From positions 1,009 through 65,008 of the forward strand of contig DATIKJ010000051.1 of NCBI GenBank assembly GCA_035477615.1: a stretch of 64,000 nucleotides of DNA, given 5' to 3'. The position numbers and the translations under genes were made by a program. The DNA is from Spirochaetia bacterium. Its GTDB lineage: Bacteria; Patescibacteriota; Microgenomatia; UBA1400; MFAQ01. The notes below the pieces were generated by a model. That model was not told the origin of the DNA. It saw only the letters and a program-made list of their open reading frames with translations, and made no database searches. Positions 44,481 to 54,776 of the stretch are shown piece by piece (within the stretch, counting starts at the first letter, position 1; the number at the start of each line of letters is the position of its first letter).

Positions 44481-45429
44481 TTATTATTTTTCTTATAACT
44501 TTAATAACACCATCTTTGTCTAGTCCATATTTTGCCAAAAGTTCTCCGGGGTTTCCACTTTCCCCAAAACAATCTTTCATCCCCATTCGTACCATCTTAG
44601 TCGGGCACTTCTCCCCTAGTACTTCGGCAATAGCCCCGCCCAATCCACCATTAACTTGATGATCTTCCAAAGTAATTACCTTGCCAGTTTTCTTGGCACT
44701 TCTCACAACTGTTTCTTCATCAAGGGGCTTAATTGTGTGTAAATTAATCACTTCTACATCTACCTCATCTTTTAGTTCTTCGGCAGCCAATAGCGCTTCA
44801 TACACCAAACCTCCGCATGCAAAAATTGTTACCTCTTTTCCAGTTCGCAATACTTGCGCTTTGCCCAGCTCAAACGGCGTCGTCGCAGTTGTGAAACAAG
44901 CCGTCTTTGGTCTCGTCAGTCTCATATACACAGGTCCCTCATGAAGACCCATTGCCAGAGTTGCCTTCTTAGCTTGTTCGTAGTCCGCCGGCACGACTAC
45001 CATCAAGTTCGGTAATACTCGTGTCATTGCTATATCCTCCAACGCCTGATGAGTGGCTCCATCAGGACCAACCGTAATTCCTGTATGCCCTCCCACAACT
45101 TTGACATTAGCATTGGTATAACAAACCGACACTCTCAGCTGATCCCAGTTCCTTCCAGGGCTAAACACAGCATAAGAAACAGCAAATGGAACTTTGCCAG
45201 ACAAAGCCAACCCTGCCGACACTCCCATCATATTTTGTTCTGCTACGCCTACCTGCACAAATCTTTCAGGATATATTTTTTCAAACTCATCTACCTTCAT
45301 GCTTTCTCCCAAGTCAGCCGTCACCACCACAACCTCTTTATTATTTTTTCCGAGCCACACCATCGCTTCTCCAAAACCTTCTCTAGTGGCTTTCCGTTCT
45401 ACATTGATTAGATCATTTACTAAATTCAT
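44473..45429 (-). CDS. Transketolase, C-terminal (pyrimidine-binding) subunit
   Basis: Split tkt; start set at MNLVNDL (45429), 1 nt after stop of N-subunit gene; ATREGFGEAM, VVTADLGESM motifs. Confidence 0.85.
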   Translation of the reverse strand: MNLVNDLINVERKATREGFGEAMVWLGKNNKEVVVVTADLGESMKVDEFEKIYPERFVQVGVAEQNMMGVSAGLALSGKVPFAVSYAVFSPGRNWDQLRVSVCYTNANVKVVGGHTGITVGPDGATHQALEDIAMTRVLPNLMVVVPADYEQAKKATLAMGLHEGPVYMRLTRPKTACFTTATTPFELGKAQVLRTGKEVTIFACGGLVYEALLAAEELKDEVDVEVINLHTIKPLDEETVVRSAKKTGKVITLEDHQVNGGLGGAIAEVLGEKCPTKMVRMGMKDCFGESGNPGELLAKYGLDKDGVIKVIRKIIND

Positions 45430-45430
45430 T

Positions 45431-46264
45431 TTATTTAAGTTCCCATAATGCTTTTTCTGCCTCTTCACTGTTTGGTGCTTTCCCGTGCCAACGGAAATTT
45501 CCCTCCATAAAACTGACTCCTTTACCGGCAATCGTTTTCATAATAATTGCTTTTGGTTGGTCAGGAAATAATTTTCCTTTTTCAAAGACGTCCAATATTT
45601 CCTCAAAATTATTTCCATTAATCTCAAACACTCTTAGGCCAAAAGAAGTTAACTTGTCTCGTAGAGGTTCAATTGACATTACCTCATGTAAGTTTCCGCT
45701 AATCTGTATCTCGTTTCGATCAATTACAAAGGTCAAGTTCCCCAAACCATACTTGGATGCTGTTTGATATGCTTCCCAAGTCTGACCTTCTTGTTGTTCT
45801 GCGTCCGACGATACACAAATCACTTTCCACTTACTTTTTTGCATTTTTGCCGCCAAAGCCATCCCCACAGCTACACTCACCCCCTGTCCCAAAGGACCTC
45901 CAGTGTTTTCAATCCCTGGTAATTGTTCATCATTGCTTCCAGAATAAACCACGTGCCTTACCGGATGTCCCTGCAATCTTGATCCTAGTTTTCGTAGTGT
46001 CTTCAGCTCTTCAACAGGGAAAAATCCTGCCAAAGCTAAAGTTGCATACTGCACTGGGCCATAATGCCCACACGAAAGTACTACTCGATCTCTGTCTTCC
46101 CAATAAGGTTCGTCTTTTCTGAAATTAACCAGCCCTCCAAAATATAGCGCCGCAAATAAATCTGCCGTTCCCAACGGTCCAGCACTATGACCAGACTCTG
46201 CCTCAGCCAGCATCTTAATTATTTCCACTCGAATCTCTCGGGCTTTTTCCACCAAATCAACCAT
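45431..46264 (-). CDS. Transketolase, N-terminal (TPP-binding) subunit
   Basis: 277 aa; ESGHSAGPLGTADL, GHP..., TPP-binding GDG-like region. Confidence 0.85.
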   Translation of the reverse strand: MVDLVEKAREIRVEIIKMLAEAESGHSAGPLGTADLFAALYFGGLVNFRKDEPYWEDRDRVVLSCGHYGPVQYATLALAGFFPVEELKTLRKLGSRLQGHPVRHVVYSGSNDEQLPGIENTGGPLGQGVSVAVGMALAAKMQKSKWKVICVSSDAEQQEGQTWEAYQTASKYGLGNLTFVIDRNEIQISGNLHEVMSIEPLRDKLTSFGLRVFEINGNNFEEILDVFEKGKLFPDQPKAIIMKTIAGKGVSFMEGNFRWHGKAPNSEEAEKALWELK

Positions 46265-46315
46265 ATATCCATTCTAAACTATATCCATCCAACAGATTAC
46301 CAGGCGTTAGCTTCT

Positions 46316-47014
46316 CTATTTAACAAACAATTTGACAAGCCATCCAAACACACTTCCTAATCTATCTTCAGCACTAATTTTATCCTGCAAACTTACATTT
46401 TGTTCAATTAAAGCATTAATTGTTTCTTGAACCATAGCAATATCTCCTGTATTAGTTAGTTGGTTTTTAAATTCAACCAATTGTTCAATTCTAAGCACAT
46501 TCTGTGCCAATTGAGATTCTAAGTTTTTTAGAGCTTTATAATCCGTACCTATCAAGGCCTTAACAAATCCTCCTCGACTATCAATTTTATTTATTTGATC
46601 ACGTACTTGATCTTGACTCTCTTTTTGCTCTTGAGCCAGTTGTTTTACTTGATCACCAATCCCTCCTTTTAATGTTTTTGCATTCAATATGTCTTCTACG
46701 CCTTTAGCTACCTCACTCATTTTTTCTTGAGCCATCTCACTTCTCATTGTTGCGCTAATAGTACTGTCACCTGCTTCTTCTTTTTCTGCTGTACTCACCA
46801 TAAGTTGAGATTCTTCTCCTGCATTTTGGGTTTTAACTTGATTTTGATTCGCTACACCTGCTCCAGAAGTTGGACTTACTGTGATCTTAGGTGCTACTGC
46901 CCCTGTCCCAGTACCGGTGCCAGCTCCAGTTCCGTCCGACTCGCTTTTTGCCAATACCATCGGAGAAAACATAACCATCATCACCACCATTATCAAACCT
47001 GAAATTTTTTTCAT
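46316..47014 (-). CDS. Secreted coiled-coil protein, unknown
   Basis: 232 aa; signal peptide, (GT)n-encoding low-complexity region, long coiled coil. Confidence 0.5.
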   Translation of the reverse strand: MKKISGLIMVVMMVMFSPMVLAKSESDGTGAGTGTGTGAVAPKITVSPTSGAGVANQNQVKTQNAGEESQLMVSTAEKEEAGDSTISATMRSEMAQEKMSEVAKGVEDILNAKTLKGGIGDQVKQLAQEQKESQDQVRDQINKIDSRGGFVKALIGTDYKALKNLESQLAQNVLRIEQLVEFKNQLTNTGDIAMVQETINALIEQNVSLQDKISAEDRLGSVFGWLVKLFVK

Positions 47015-47041
47015 AGTATTTTTATATTTATACTTATTCTA

Positions 47042-47578
47042 TTACTTAGTATATACACTTCCACGACCTTGTCCATTTCCACGCCTAAAGTTATAAATAT
47101 CGTCACCACTCCTCCACGGCAACACCTTCCCTCTCCCATCATACTGTTGATACAGTCTTCGCATTTGCCCTTGTTTTACCCAAACCTTATCAAAACCTAG
47201 ATAATCAGCCAACCAACCAGAAATTAATACCGCTACGATAAAAACCAAAACAATTAACACAAAATTATTTTTATAGGAAAATTCAAATCTTTTTAGCAAA
47301 ACTATTCCTGTCACTGTCCCCACAATAGCCAATCCAACTGCCCATAAAGGAAAATTATCCAACAACTGCTGATAACGTATCGCCCCCATTAGTCCATGAG
47401 TTCGCAAAGAAAAGCTAATCAAGCTCACCAAAAATACAGACAATACATATGTTCCAATTACCCCCAATACCAAAGCAACCGATCCGACAACAAACATCCA
47501 CTTAGGTCTCATTTTTAATTGACCTCTCTCAATCTTCGACATGACTTCTTTTGTAATATCTATTTTATTTTTTGACAT
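47042..47578 (-). CDS. Membrane protein, putative anti-sigma factor (co-transcribed with ECF sigma)
   Basis: 178 aa, overlaps sigma gene stop; cytoplasmic N-terminus followed by TMs. Confidence 0.45.
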   Translation of the reverse strand: MSKNKIDITKEVMSKIERGQLKMRPKWMFVVGSVALVLGVIGTYVLSVFLVSLISFSLRTHGLMGAIRYQQLLDNFPLWAVGLAIVGTVTGIVLLKRFEFSYKNNFVLIVLVFIVAVLISGWLADYLGFDKVWVKQGQMRRLYQQYDGRGKVLPWRSGDDIYNFRRGNGQGRGSVYTK

Positions 47579-48105
47579 ATACTTTTCATTAATATTTTGG
47601 CTCTATTTATTCGAGTACCCACTGTCCCTACTGGAAGACGTAGAATATCACTGATCTCTGTATAATTCTTTTCCTCAAGATAATACAGAACGAGTGGCTC
47701 TCTATAAATACCAGGCATTTTATTAAGACAAGAATGTGTATTTTCCATCATTTCTTTTTTAATAAAATCTTCTTCTATATCAACACCGCTATCAAACTCA
47801 ACGTCCTCACCAATAGGAATTTGTTTCCTATTTTTAAGTACTTCATTCATCGCTTCATTGTGAACAATCCGGTATATCCAGCTAGAAAATTTTTTGTTCA
47901 CATTAAAGCCATTTAAGTTAACATACGCTTTGATAAATGCATTTTGTACTACATCGGCAGCATTATGTTCATCCCTCAAAATATTTCCTGCATATCTGAG
48001 CAGTTTGATTTGATATCTCTCCATCAGCTCAGCATAATACTCTTTATTATCTTTTCTTACCAGCTCCACTACTTTTTCATCAGTTAAATTTGTAAGAGTA
48101 TCCAT
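47560..48105 (-). CDS. ECF-type sigma-70 family RNA polymerase sigma factor
   Basis: 181 aa; region 2 (DVVQNAFIKAY) and region 4 HTH (LPVGTVGTRINRAK). Confidence 0.85.
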   Translation of the reverse strand: MDTLTNLTDEKVVELVRKDNKEYYAELMERYQIKLLRYAGNILRDEHNAADVVQNAFIKAYVNLNGFNVNKKFSSWIYRIVHNEAMNEVLKNRKQIPIGEDVEFDSGVDIEEDFIKKEMMENTHSCLNKMPGIYREPLVLYYLEEKNYTEISDILRLPVGTVGTRINRAKILMKSICQKIK

Positions 48106-48173
48106 ATAATTACGTTTAGTTTACTCCAAAATCCAAACCGGCACCTTTAATATAGATGCCGGCTAAGACTTTG

Positions 48174-48605
48174 TTATTTAGCGTTTCTACCCTTACCCAT
48201 TCCTTGTCCATTTCCCGAACCATTTCGAAGACCCAAACCTAGTTCAGTTCTAATCTTGTTAGCCTCTTCTGTTTTGCCTTGTAAGGCCAACTCGTGAGCT
48301 TCAACAAACTTTCCAAAATTACTTTGGTTTATCACCTGAGCCACTCTTCCATTATTACCCGCTACTAAGTTTTTCCAAGCATTGTAATCTTTATTTTCAA
48401 ATGCTTTAGTCATTGCTTCATGACGTTCTGTTGTATAGTTTGGTCCTTGCACACTAGGGTCACCTCTGTAGGCTTCTGCCATTCTCGGTGTCAATAATGC
48501 TCCGCCCAAAACTAATGCCGAAATTCCTAAAAATACTGTTTTATTAATCATCTCAATCACCCCCTTTCTACCTTTAATACAAGACTGGGACCAATTTTCT
48601 TTCAA
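48174..48605 (-). CDS. Small secreted protein, unknown
   Basis: 143 aa; signal peptide, Gly-rich C-terminus. Confidence 0.45.
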   Translation of the reverse strand: MKENWSQSCIKGRKGVIEMINKTVFLGISALVLGGALLTPRMAEAYRGDPSVQGPNYTTERHEAMTKAFENKDYNAWKNLVAGNNGRVAQVINQSNFGKFVEAHELALQGKTEEANKIRTELGLGLRNGSGNGQGMGKGRNAK

Positions 48606-49237
48606 TCAAAAAATGCCTTCTCTCCACTCCCATCATCCACCACTGGCTGTTCATTTTGTCGATGATCATCCATCACTGTATCAAACTCTTGTAGATACTG
48701 CAGAACCATCTCTGGTGTCGTCGCAATTCTATATACTCTCAAAGCTCCAGGTCGACTCCCAATCAACATATTTTTTACCAACGACTCCATAATAGAAAAC
48801 CAAAAATCTCCATACAATATCAATGGTTTATGATGACCAAAATACAAGTAAGCCAAACCCCAAGCCATTCCAAACTCTGACAATGTTCCTGTCCCTCCGT
48901 TAAATATCACATACGCATTCCCAAGTTCCAAAAGTTTCATTGTTCGATCCACATAGTTATTCATGATCACTTCTCGATCCGCTTTGTTCAAATGATCTTT
49001 TCCTTCAAAGTTCTCAATAAACTTAGGATAAAAAGTTGCCACTGTCGAAGTACCTCCACCCTCATGAGCTCCTTCTGTCGCCGCCCTCATTACTCCAGGA
49101 CCGCCACCGTTCACAATCTCCAAACCATTCTGTGCCAACAAACGAGTGACCTCTAATGTTTCACGATATAAAGAACTCTCAGGAGGACAGTCTGCAAAAC
49201 CAAAAACTGTAATTGCCTTAATCTTTTTAAATGCCAT
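48602..49237 (-). CDS. LOG-family protein (cytokinin riboside 5'-monophosphate phosphoribohydrolase-like / TIGR00730)
   Basis: 211 aa; GGGPGVM and GGTGTLSE motifs. Confidence 0.8.
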   Translation of the reverse strand: MAFKKIKAITVFGFADCPPESSLYRETLEVTRLLAQNGLEIVNGGGPGVMRAATEGAHEGGGTSTVATFYPKFIENFEGKDHLNKADREVIMNNYVDRTMKLLELGNAYVIFNGGTGTLSEFGMAWGLAYLYFGHHKPLILYGDFWFSIMESLVKNMLIGSRPGALRVYRIATTPEMVLQYLQEFDTVMDDHRQNEQPVVDDGSGEKAFFD

Positions 49238-49246
49238 AACTTAATG

Positions 49247-49882
49247 CTACTCTATGTTTTCTAATTTTCGGTACACCATTTCTGGATCTTCGGAATTAAG
49301 AATCTCACTTCCTACCGCATACTCCATCTTTTCACCTCCCGCACCTAAACATTTTTTAATATTCTCCTCATTCAGACCGCCATCTATCATAATCGTTACG
49401 GTTGAAGATAACTCTCTCACTTTTTTAATTTTCTCCAAAACCTGATTATCAAATTTTTGTCCTTGCGCCCCAGCCTTAACACTCATTAGCAACACCACAT
49501 CAACTAAATTTACCCATTCATCTAAGCCAATCAAAGAAGTCTCCAAGTCATAAGCCAATCCTGTTCTCATACCAGCCTCCTCAGCTTTTGTAATAAACTC
49601 TTGTTTGTCTGTCATTTTCTCCACCTGTCCGTACACTACCGTTATTCCTGCTGCCACACATCGATCAATCCACTCTACTGGCTCTTCCACCATCAAGTGT
49701 GCTTCGATCTCTGCCATGGTATCTACTTCTAGCAGTACTTCGGGCGTAACCGTCTCCACCGGAAAAAACTTTCCATCGATAATATCCATCTGCACTTTCG
49801 GTGCAAAAACTCCGACCTTGTTTAAATCCTCTTCAAATTTACTGATATCTTTTGCGAGTACTGTCGGAATTATTTTATTCAT
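49247..49882 (-). CDS. rpe: Ribulose-phosphate 3-epimerase
   Basis: 211 aa; DIIDGKFFP, HLMVEEP motifs. Confidence 0.9.
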   Translation of the reverse strand: MNKIIPTVLAKDISKFEEDLNKVGVFAPKVQMDIIDGKFFPVETVTPEVLLEVDTMAEIEAHLMVEEPVEWIDRCVAAGITVVYGQVEKMTDKQEFITKAEEAGMRTGLAYDLETSLIGLDEWVNLVDVVLLMSVKAGAQGQKFDNQVLEKIKKVRELSSTVTIMIDGGLNEENIKKCLGAGGEKMEYAVGSEILNSEDPEMVYRKLENIE

Positions 49883-50319
49883 TGAATCAAATTATCCAAT
49901 TTCATAACTCGTCTTTTATAGTTCTCTCCACCATTAAAATTTTCTGTCAAAAATATCTTTATCATTCTTTCCACACTGACATTATCAATATAATCTGCCG
50001 GAACAGAAAGACAATTGATATTGTCATCCGTTCTTCCTCTTCGCACTGCCTCATCATCAAAAGCCAAGCCGCACCTCACTCCTACAAATTTATTGGCCGC
50101 AATCATCATCCCAAATCCATTTCGACAGAAAAGAATCACTTTATCATCATTTGTAATTGCCTCTTTTATAGCTGCCTTAGCATAATCTACAAAATCATCA
50201 TCTTCCACCAACTCCCTTGCCCCAACATCAACCACTTCATAACCATCAGCCATAAGCCAAGCCTTTGCTTCTTCTTTTGTTTTAAAACCTCCATGATCAG
50301 CTCCAATTATTACGTGCAT
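49879..50319 (-). CDS. rpiB: Ribose-5-phosphate isomerase B
   Basis: 146 aa; MHVIIGADHGG N-terminal signature, catalytic Cys region (FCRNGFGM). Confidence 0.9.
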   Translation of the reverse strand: MHVIIGADHGGFKTKEEAKAWLMADGYEVVDVGARELVEDDDFVDYAKAAIKEAITNDDKVILFCRNGFGMMIAANKFVGVRCGLAFDDEAVRRGRTDDNINCLSVPADYIDNVSVERMIKIFLTENFNGGENYKRRVMKLDNLIQ

Positions 50320-50331
50320 ATATACAATATA

Positions 50332-50628
50332 TCAAAATCCAAACTCAGCTTTCAGTTCGTCACTCATTAGATCTTTACTCCAGGGTGGATCCCAGACCAA
50401 CTCCACTATTAATTTCTTCACTTCCGGAACTCCTTTTAAAGCATCATTAATTTTTTTATCGATCACTGGTGCCAGAGGACATCCCGGACTTGTAAGAGTC
50501 ATCTCCACTTCCGCTTCACCTGCTTCATAACGCACGTCATAAATAAGTCCCAAATCCACAATCGACACACCAAGCTCTGGATCAATTACTTTTTTTAACG
50601 CCTCCCAAATTTTATCCTCCACCATCAT
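50332..50628 (-). CDS. Fe-S cluster assembly factor SufT / MIP18 (DUF59)
   Basis: 98 aa; VIDPELGVSIVDLGLIY...TLTSPGCP motif. Confidence 0.75.
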   Translation of the reverse strand: MMVEDKIWEALKKVIDPELGVSIVDLGLIYDVRYEAGEAEVEMTLTSPGCPLAPVIDKKINDALKGVPEVKKLIVELVWDPPWSKDLMSDELKAEFGF

Positions 50629-50819
50629 TTTTTCATTCTAAACTCTGCTTCGATCAATACAAACACTCCCCAAATAGCCGCTGTCAAACCAACCAACATC
50701 CACTGAGTACTCGCTAGCCAAAGATCAGTTCCCAAAGCTCCAATCAAAGCCAAAACTACACACACAATTGAAAAATATATTAAAGTTTTTCCCATCGCTA
50801 ATTTATCTTTACTTCTCAT
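50625..50819 (-). CDS. Small membrane protein (2 TM), unknown
   Basis: 64 aa, start-stop overlap with downstream gene. Confidence 0.35.
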   Translation of the reverse strand: MRSKDKLAMGKTLIYFSIVCVVLALIGALGTDLWLASTQWMLVGLTAAIWGVFVLIEAEFRMKK

Positions 50820-50835
50820 GCTTTCACCTCCCTTC

Positions 50836-51060
50836 TTATCTCGGCCACACGGTTTCTCCGGTTTCCGTATTAATAATTTTTATTGCTATCATCGGACAAG
50901 ACTGTGCTGCCAGAAGTTTTTCCTCGTCACTATTTCCGTCCTGATCAATCAATCCAACTTTCCCGTCAGTCCCAATTCTAAAAGTTAAATTTGCCAAATC
51001 TACACACGAACCGGAACCAATACACTTATTTTTATCAACTACCACTTTATACTTGGTCAT
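50836..51060 (-). CDS. Ferredoxin (single-cluster, CxxGxC...CP type)
   Basis: 74 aa from MTKYKVVVDKNKCIGSGSC...SCP; the longer ORF-track start would overlap the upstream gene. Confidence 0.7.
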   Translation of the reverse strand: MTKYKVVVDKNKCIGSGSCVDLANLTFRIGTDGKVGLIDQDGNSDEEKLLAAQSCPMIAIKIINTETGETVWPR

Positions 51061-51091
51061 TACTGGTTCATCGTTCATTACCATCAGTTTA

Positions 51092-51799
51092 TCATGCAAA
51101 TCGTTCATAAAAAATCTGTACCTCTGGCACACCTTTTTTCAAAAGCAGTTCTTTAACTCCCACAATCATATCCGGATTGCCACACAAATAAGCTGTCATT
51201 TCTTTCCATTGCAAACTCATCTTTTCAATCGTCTCGCCCACATGCCCTTGTTTTCCTGGCCAATCATTTCCTGGTTTCGACAAAACAGTCTCAAAATGGA
51301 AATTTTCGTAATCCCTTTGCAGTTTATCAATCTCCTTTACCCAATAAAGATCAGACTCATACCTCATTCCCCATACTAGATGTACCTGACCCCGAAAATT
51401 CCTATTCACCAACAAATTATCAATCATTGGTTTTAAAGGCACTACCCCAGTTCCAGTTCCCACAAACAACAGCTCTTTTTCCGTCGCAAAAACTTCCTCA
51501 CCTACTACAAATCTTCCTAAAAATCCCAACACCTCAACCGAGTCCCCAACTTTAAGATCAATAATGTATTTTGAACCCTCTCCCATTGGAGATACATCAA
51601 TTACCAAATCAATCGTTTTCTTTCCCGGCAAACTCGCTACCGAATAAGACCTTCGCAAACCTTCTTTATTTACTTTCAAACTCACAAACTGCCCTGGTAA
51701 AAAAGAGACTACTTCTTCCAGTTCAATTCCTACCAACCAAGTCTTACCAGACAAACTGGTCTTGTAATTTACTCTACCTAGCATTTTCTTTGCACTCAT
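51092..51799 (-). CDS. Ferredoxin-NADP+ reductase-like flavoprotein (FNR family oxidoreductase)
   Basis: 235 aa; RRSYSVAS FAD-binding motif, GTGVVPL NAD(P)-binding motif. Confidence 0.75.
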   Translation of the reverse strand: MSAKKMLGRVNYKTSLSGKTWLVGIELEEVVSFLPGQFVSLKVNKEGLRRSYSVASLPGKKTIDLVIDVSPMGEGSKYIIDLKVGDSVEVLGFLGRFVVGEEVFATEKELLFVGTGTGVVPLKPMIDNLLVNRNFRGQVHLVWGMRYESDLYWVKEIDKLQRDYENFHFETVLSKPGNDWPGKQGHVGETIEKMSLQWKEMTAYLCGNPDMIVGVKELLLKKGVPEVQIFYERFA

Positions 51800-51813
51800 G
51801 TCTTATCTTAACT

Positions 51814-52503
51814 CTAATTTAAAGCAATCCAAATTCCTACTGCTATTAATACTACTCCCATAACAAACCTCATCCATTTCGTATTTTTGTGTTCCCACTC
51901 TTTCATTTCTACAACCTGTCTACCACCAATCATCACCAGTAAAACCACAATCAAAGGTAAAATAAATATCAGGTTGTAATAGAAAAAATATCCCAGTACT
52001 TTTGTCATTTCCAAACCTGACCTAGCTATTACTGCGGTAGTTCCAATATACAAAGGTAACATACACGGTGTCGAAAACACTGTTGTCAAAAATCCAATCA
52101 AAACTGTTACTCCATAGTTAGTTTTTGCCATCAACTTTGTTAGTTTTTCGAATCCTTTCATACTCATTCTTAAATGAATCGGTAAATTTGACAAACACAC
52201 ATCCTTAAGCTGAATTACTCCGGCAATAATCAACACTCCCCCCACAATATATTTGAAAACACTCGCCAGCCACCAACGCTGAATATAATAAGCAAGTCCA
52301 TAAAACAACAATCCTGTTAAAAGATACGTTACAAATACTGCCCCGATATATACTAAGCCTGTTTTCAAAACAAAGTTCTTTTCTTTTCCTCTTCGTCCGA
52401 AAACAATCAGGTATCCTAAAAAGGTTATCATCATTCCAATTCCACAGGGGTTCAACCCATTGGTCAAAGCAGCTGCCGTTAGCAACGATAAATTTATTTC
52501 CAT
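51814..52503 (-). CDS. CcdA/DsbD-like thiol-disulfide transporter membrane protein
   Basis: 229 aa; two TM-embedded Cys (LNPCGIG and TPCMLPLY). Confidence 0.75.
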   Translation of the reverse strand: MEINLSLLTAAALTNGLNPCGIGMMITFLGYLIVFGRRGKEKNFVLKTGLVYIGAVFVTYLLTGLLFYGLAYYIQRWWLASVFKYIVGGVLIIAGVIQLKDVCLSNLPIHLRMSMKGFEKLTKLMAKTNYGVTVLIGFLTTVFSTPCMLPLYIGTTAVIARSGLEMTKVLGYFFYYNLIFILPLIVVLLVMIGGRQVVEMKEWEHKNTKWMRFVMGVVLIAVGIWIALN

Positions 52504-53133
52504 TTAATATGTTTTAAGTAATTCGTTAACTTTAGCTACCACAAAATCAATCGCTATTTGTTCTCCATTTACAAAGATTGTTGGCGTTCCAGAAAGTCGT
52601 AAGCTATTTCCTAAATTAAGATCTTTTTGTACTTCAGCCATTACTTCACTCGAGTTAAGTTTTTCCTTAAAAACAGTTTCCTCCAATCCCAAACTCTTTG
52701 CATACTCTATCAGTTTGTCTTCAACTTTAACCTCAGTAGACCATTCCTCCTGTTTCTCAAACAACAAGTCCATCATCTCCCATTCTTTTCCCATGACTCT
52801 CGCTGCCTCCACTGCTCTTGCAGAAATCTGAGAATATCTATGAATTCCAAGAGGAAAATGTCTAAAAATCATCCTAACCCCCGAAGTACTATCCAAACTC
52901 TTCATCAGTTCATGTGCTCTTTTACATGCCGGACACTCCATGTCGGAAAAATTGACAATGGTTACTTTTGTTTCCCCATATTCTTTGATTAGCTTTGCTC
53001 CATCGATAAGTCTGTTTTGATCCACAATAAGTGATGTAGACTGACCAGCCATTCTTGACAATCCAAAAATCACAACCATCACCAAAAAAGCACTTCCAAG
53101 TAACACATTAAATATTAATCTCCAATCATTCAT
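52504..53133 (-). CDS. DsbA/BdbD-like thioredoxin-fold thiol:disulfide oxidoreductase
   Basis: 209 aa; N-terminal TM anchor, CPAC active site. Confidence 0.7.
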   Translation of the reverse strand: MNDWRLIFNVLLGSAFLVMVVIFGLSRMAGQSTSLIVDQNRLIDGAKLIKEYGETKVTIVNFSDMECPACKRAHELMKSLDSTSGVRMIFRHFPLGIHRYSQISARAVEAARVMGKEWEMMDLLFEKQEEWSTEVKVEDKLIEYAKSLGLEETVFKEKLNSSEVMAEVQKDLNLGNSLRLSGTPTIFVNGEQIAIDFVVAKVNELLKTY

Positions 53134-53501
53134 TCTTGTTCAAACACTCTTAATAATCCACGATAGGCGAGTGTTGCACACTTCATTCTTCCCGCATTTA
53201 TCTCTCCTCCAAGCATTTCTACCACCCCATCCTCTCCAAATATTTCTAAATCACTTTTGTTCATTCCTACCACCTTTTCCGACAACATCGATGCCCCAGC
53301 TGTCGAGATAGCACAGCCTATCCCTTGCCACTTCATATCCAAAATTTTTCCATCATCCAATTTCACAAAAATTTTAATAATGTCTCCACAAGAAGAATTT
53401 ACCTCATCAATTACTCTATCAGCATTCTCAATCTCTCCCTGATTCCTCGGGTTTTTATAATGATCGATAATAATCTCTCGGTATTCAGACATCTTAGGCA
53501 A
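53130..53501 (-). CDS. sufU: Fe-S cluster assembly scaffold/sulfur acceptor SufU (IscU/NifU-like)
   Basis: 123 aa; NPRNQG, SCGD, GCAIS, RMKCA motifs. Confidence 0.85.
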   Translation of the reverse strand: MPKMSEYREIIIDHYKNPRNQGEIENADRVIDEVNSSCGDIIKIFVKLDDGKILDMKWQGIGCAISTAGASMLSEKVVGMNKSDLEIFGEDGVVEMLGGEINAGRMKCATLAYRGLLRVFEQE

Positions 53502-54774
53502 AAACTTTTGGTACCTCTCTTAATTTTTGAACAAAAAAGTCAATTTCTTCTTTGGTGTTATATAGATAAAAGGTTGCTCTCACCATTGCACTCACTCCAA
53601 AATTTGCCACTAAGGGAGCCGCACAATGATGTCCGGATCTAACAGCAACTCCATAATTATCCAGTATCTGAGCCGTATCATGGGCATGCACGCCCACTAC
53701 ATTAAACGATATTACTCCTCCACGTCTTTCTATTTCTGGACCATATAGAATTACCAGATCTTCACTTTCTAGTTCTTCCATCTTTTCCAAAGCATAACTC
53801 ATCAGTTTTTTTTCATAAACATGAACTTCATCCATGCCAATTTTTTGTAAATAATCCACTGCTGCACCCAGTCCCACAATTCCAGCTATATCCGGTGTTC
53901 CTGCTTCAAATTTACTCGGCAGTTCTGCCCAGGTTGCACTCGTCAACTTCACCTCATTAATCATATCTCCACCATAAAGAAATGGCTTCATTCCGTTTAA
54001 TATTTCTTTCTTCCCCCACAACACTCCCACTCCCGTCGGACCAAGCATTTTATGTCCAGAAAAAACCAAGAAGTCTACCCCCATCTTCACTACATCAACT
54101 TTCATATGTGGCACCATCTGCGCCCCATCAACCAATATCAGAGCTTCAGATGACAGACTTCTCACCATCCTCACAATCAATTCCATTGGCGTCACTGTTC
54201 CCAACACATTTGACTGCCCTGTAAAAGCTACCATTTTCACTTTCGAGTCCAACATATTTTTCCATCCACCAATCACTACTTTCAAACCATTTTCTTCCAT
54301 AGTTTTTACTTCACTATCATTAATCAGTTCTCCTTTTTTATCGATATCTACTACTCGAAGTTCAGCCCCTTTTCTTCTACACAGTTCCTGCCACGGAATC
54401 ATGTTCGAGTGGTGCTCCAGTTTTGTAATCACCACCGCATCACCCTCATTTATATATTCCTCACCCCAAGAATAAGCTATCAGGTTAATACTCTCAGTTG
54501 TATTTCTAGTAAAGATTACTTCCTCGCTTCTTCCTCCAATAAAATTGGCCACTTTATTTCTTGCTTCATCTACTAGTCGGGTTGATTCAACAGATATTTC
54601 ATAAACTCCGCGATGAATATTTGCATTTGTCTCACGATAATACTTATCTATCGCCTCAATCACCATCAAAGGTTTTTGGCTGGTCGCTCCGCTATCCAAA
54701 TACACCAAAGGATTACTTATTATTTTTCTATGCAAAATAGGGAAGTCTGCTCTAATTTGTGTTACATCAAACAT
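53494..54774 (-). CDS. sufS: Cysteine desulfurase SufS
   Basis: 426 aa; PLP Lys in SGHKMLGPTG, active-site Cys loop RSGHHCA. Confidence 0.9.
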   Translation of the reverse strand: MFDVTQIRADFPILHRKIISNPLVYLDSGATSQKPLMVIEAIDKYYRETNANIHRGVYEISVESTRLVDEARNKVANFIGGRSEEVIFTRNTTESINLIAYSWGEEYINEGDAVVITKLEHHSNMIPWQELCRRKGAELRVVDIDKKGELINDSEVKTMEENGLKVVIGGWKNMLDSKVKMVAFTGQSNVLGTVTPMELIVRMVRSLSSEALILVDGAQMVPHMKVDVVKMGVDFLVFSGHKMLGPTGVGVLWGKKEILNGMKPFLYGGDMINEVKLTSATWAELPSKFEAGTPDIAGIVGLGAAVDYLQKIGMDEVHVYEKKLMSYALEKMEELESEDLVILYGPEIERRGGVISFNVVGVHAHDTAQILDNYGVAVRSGHHCAAPLVANFGVSAMVRATFYLYNTKEEIDFFVQKLREVPKVFA

Positions 54775-54776
54775 AC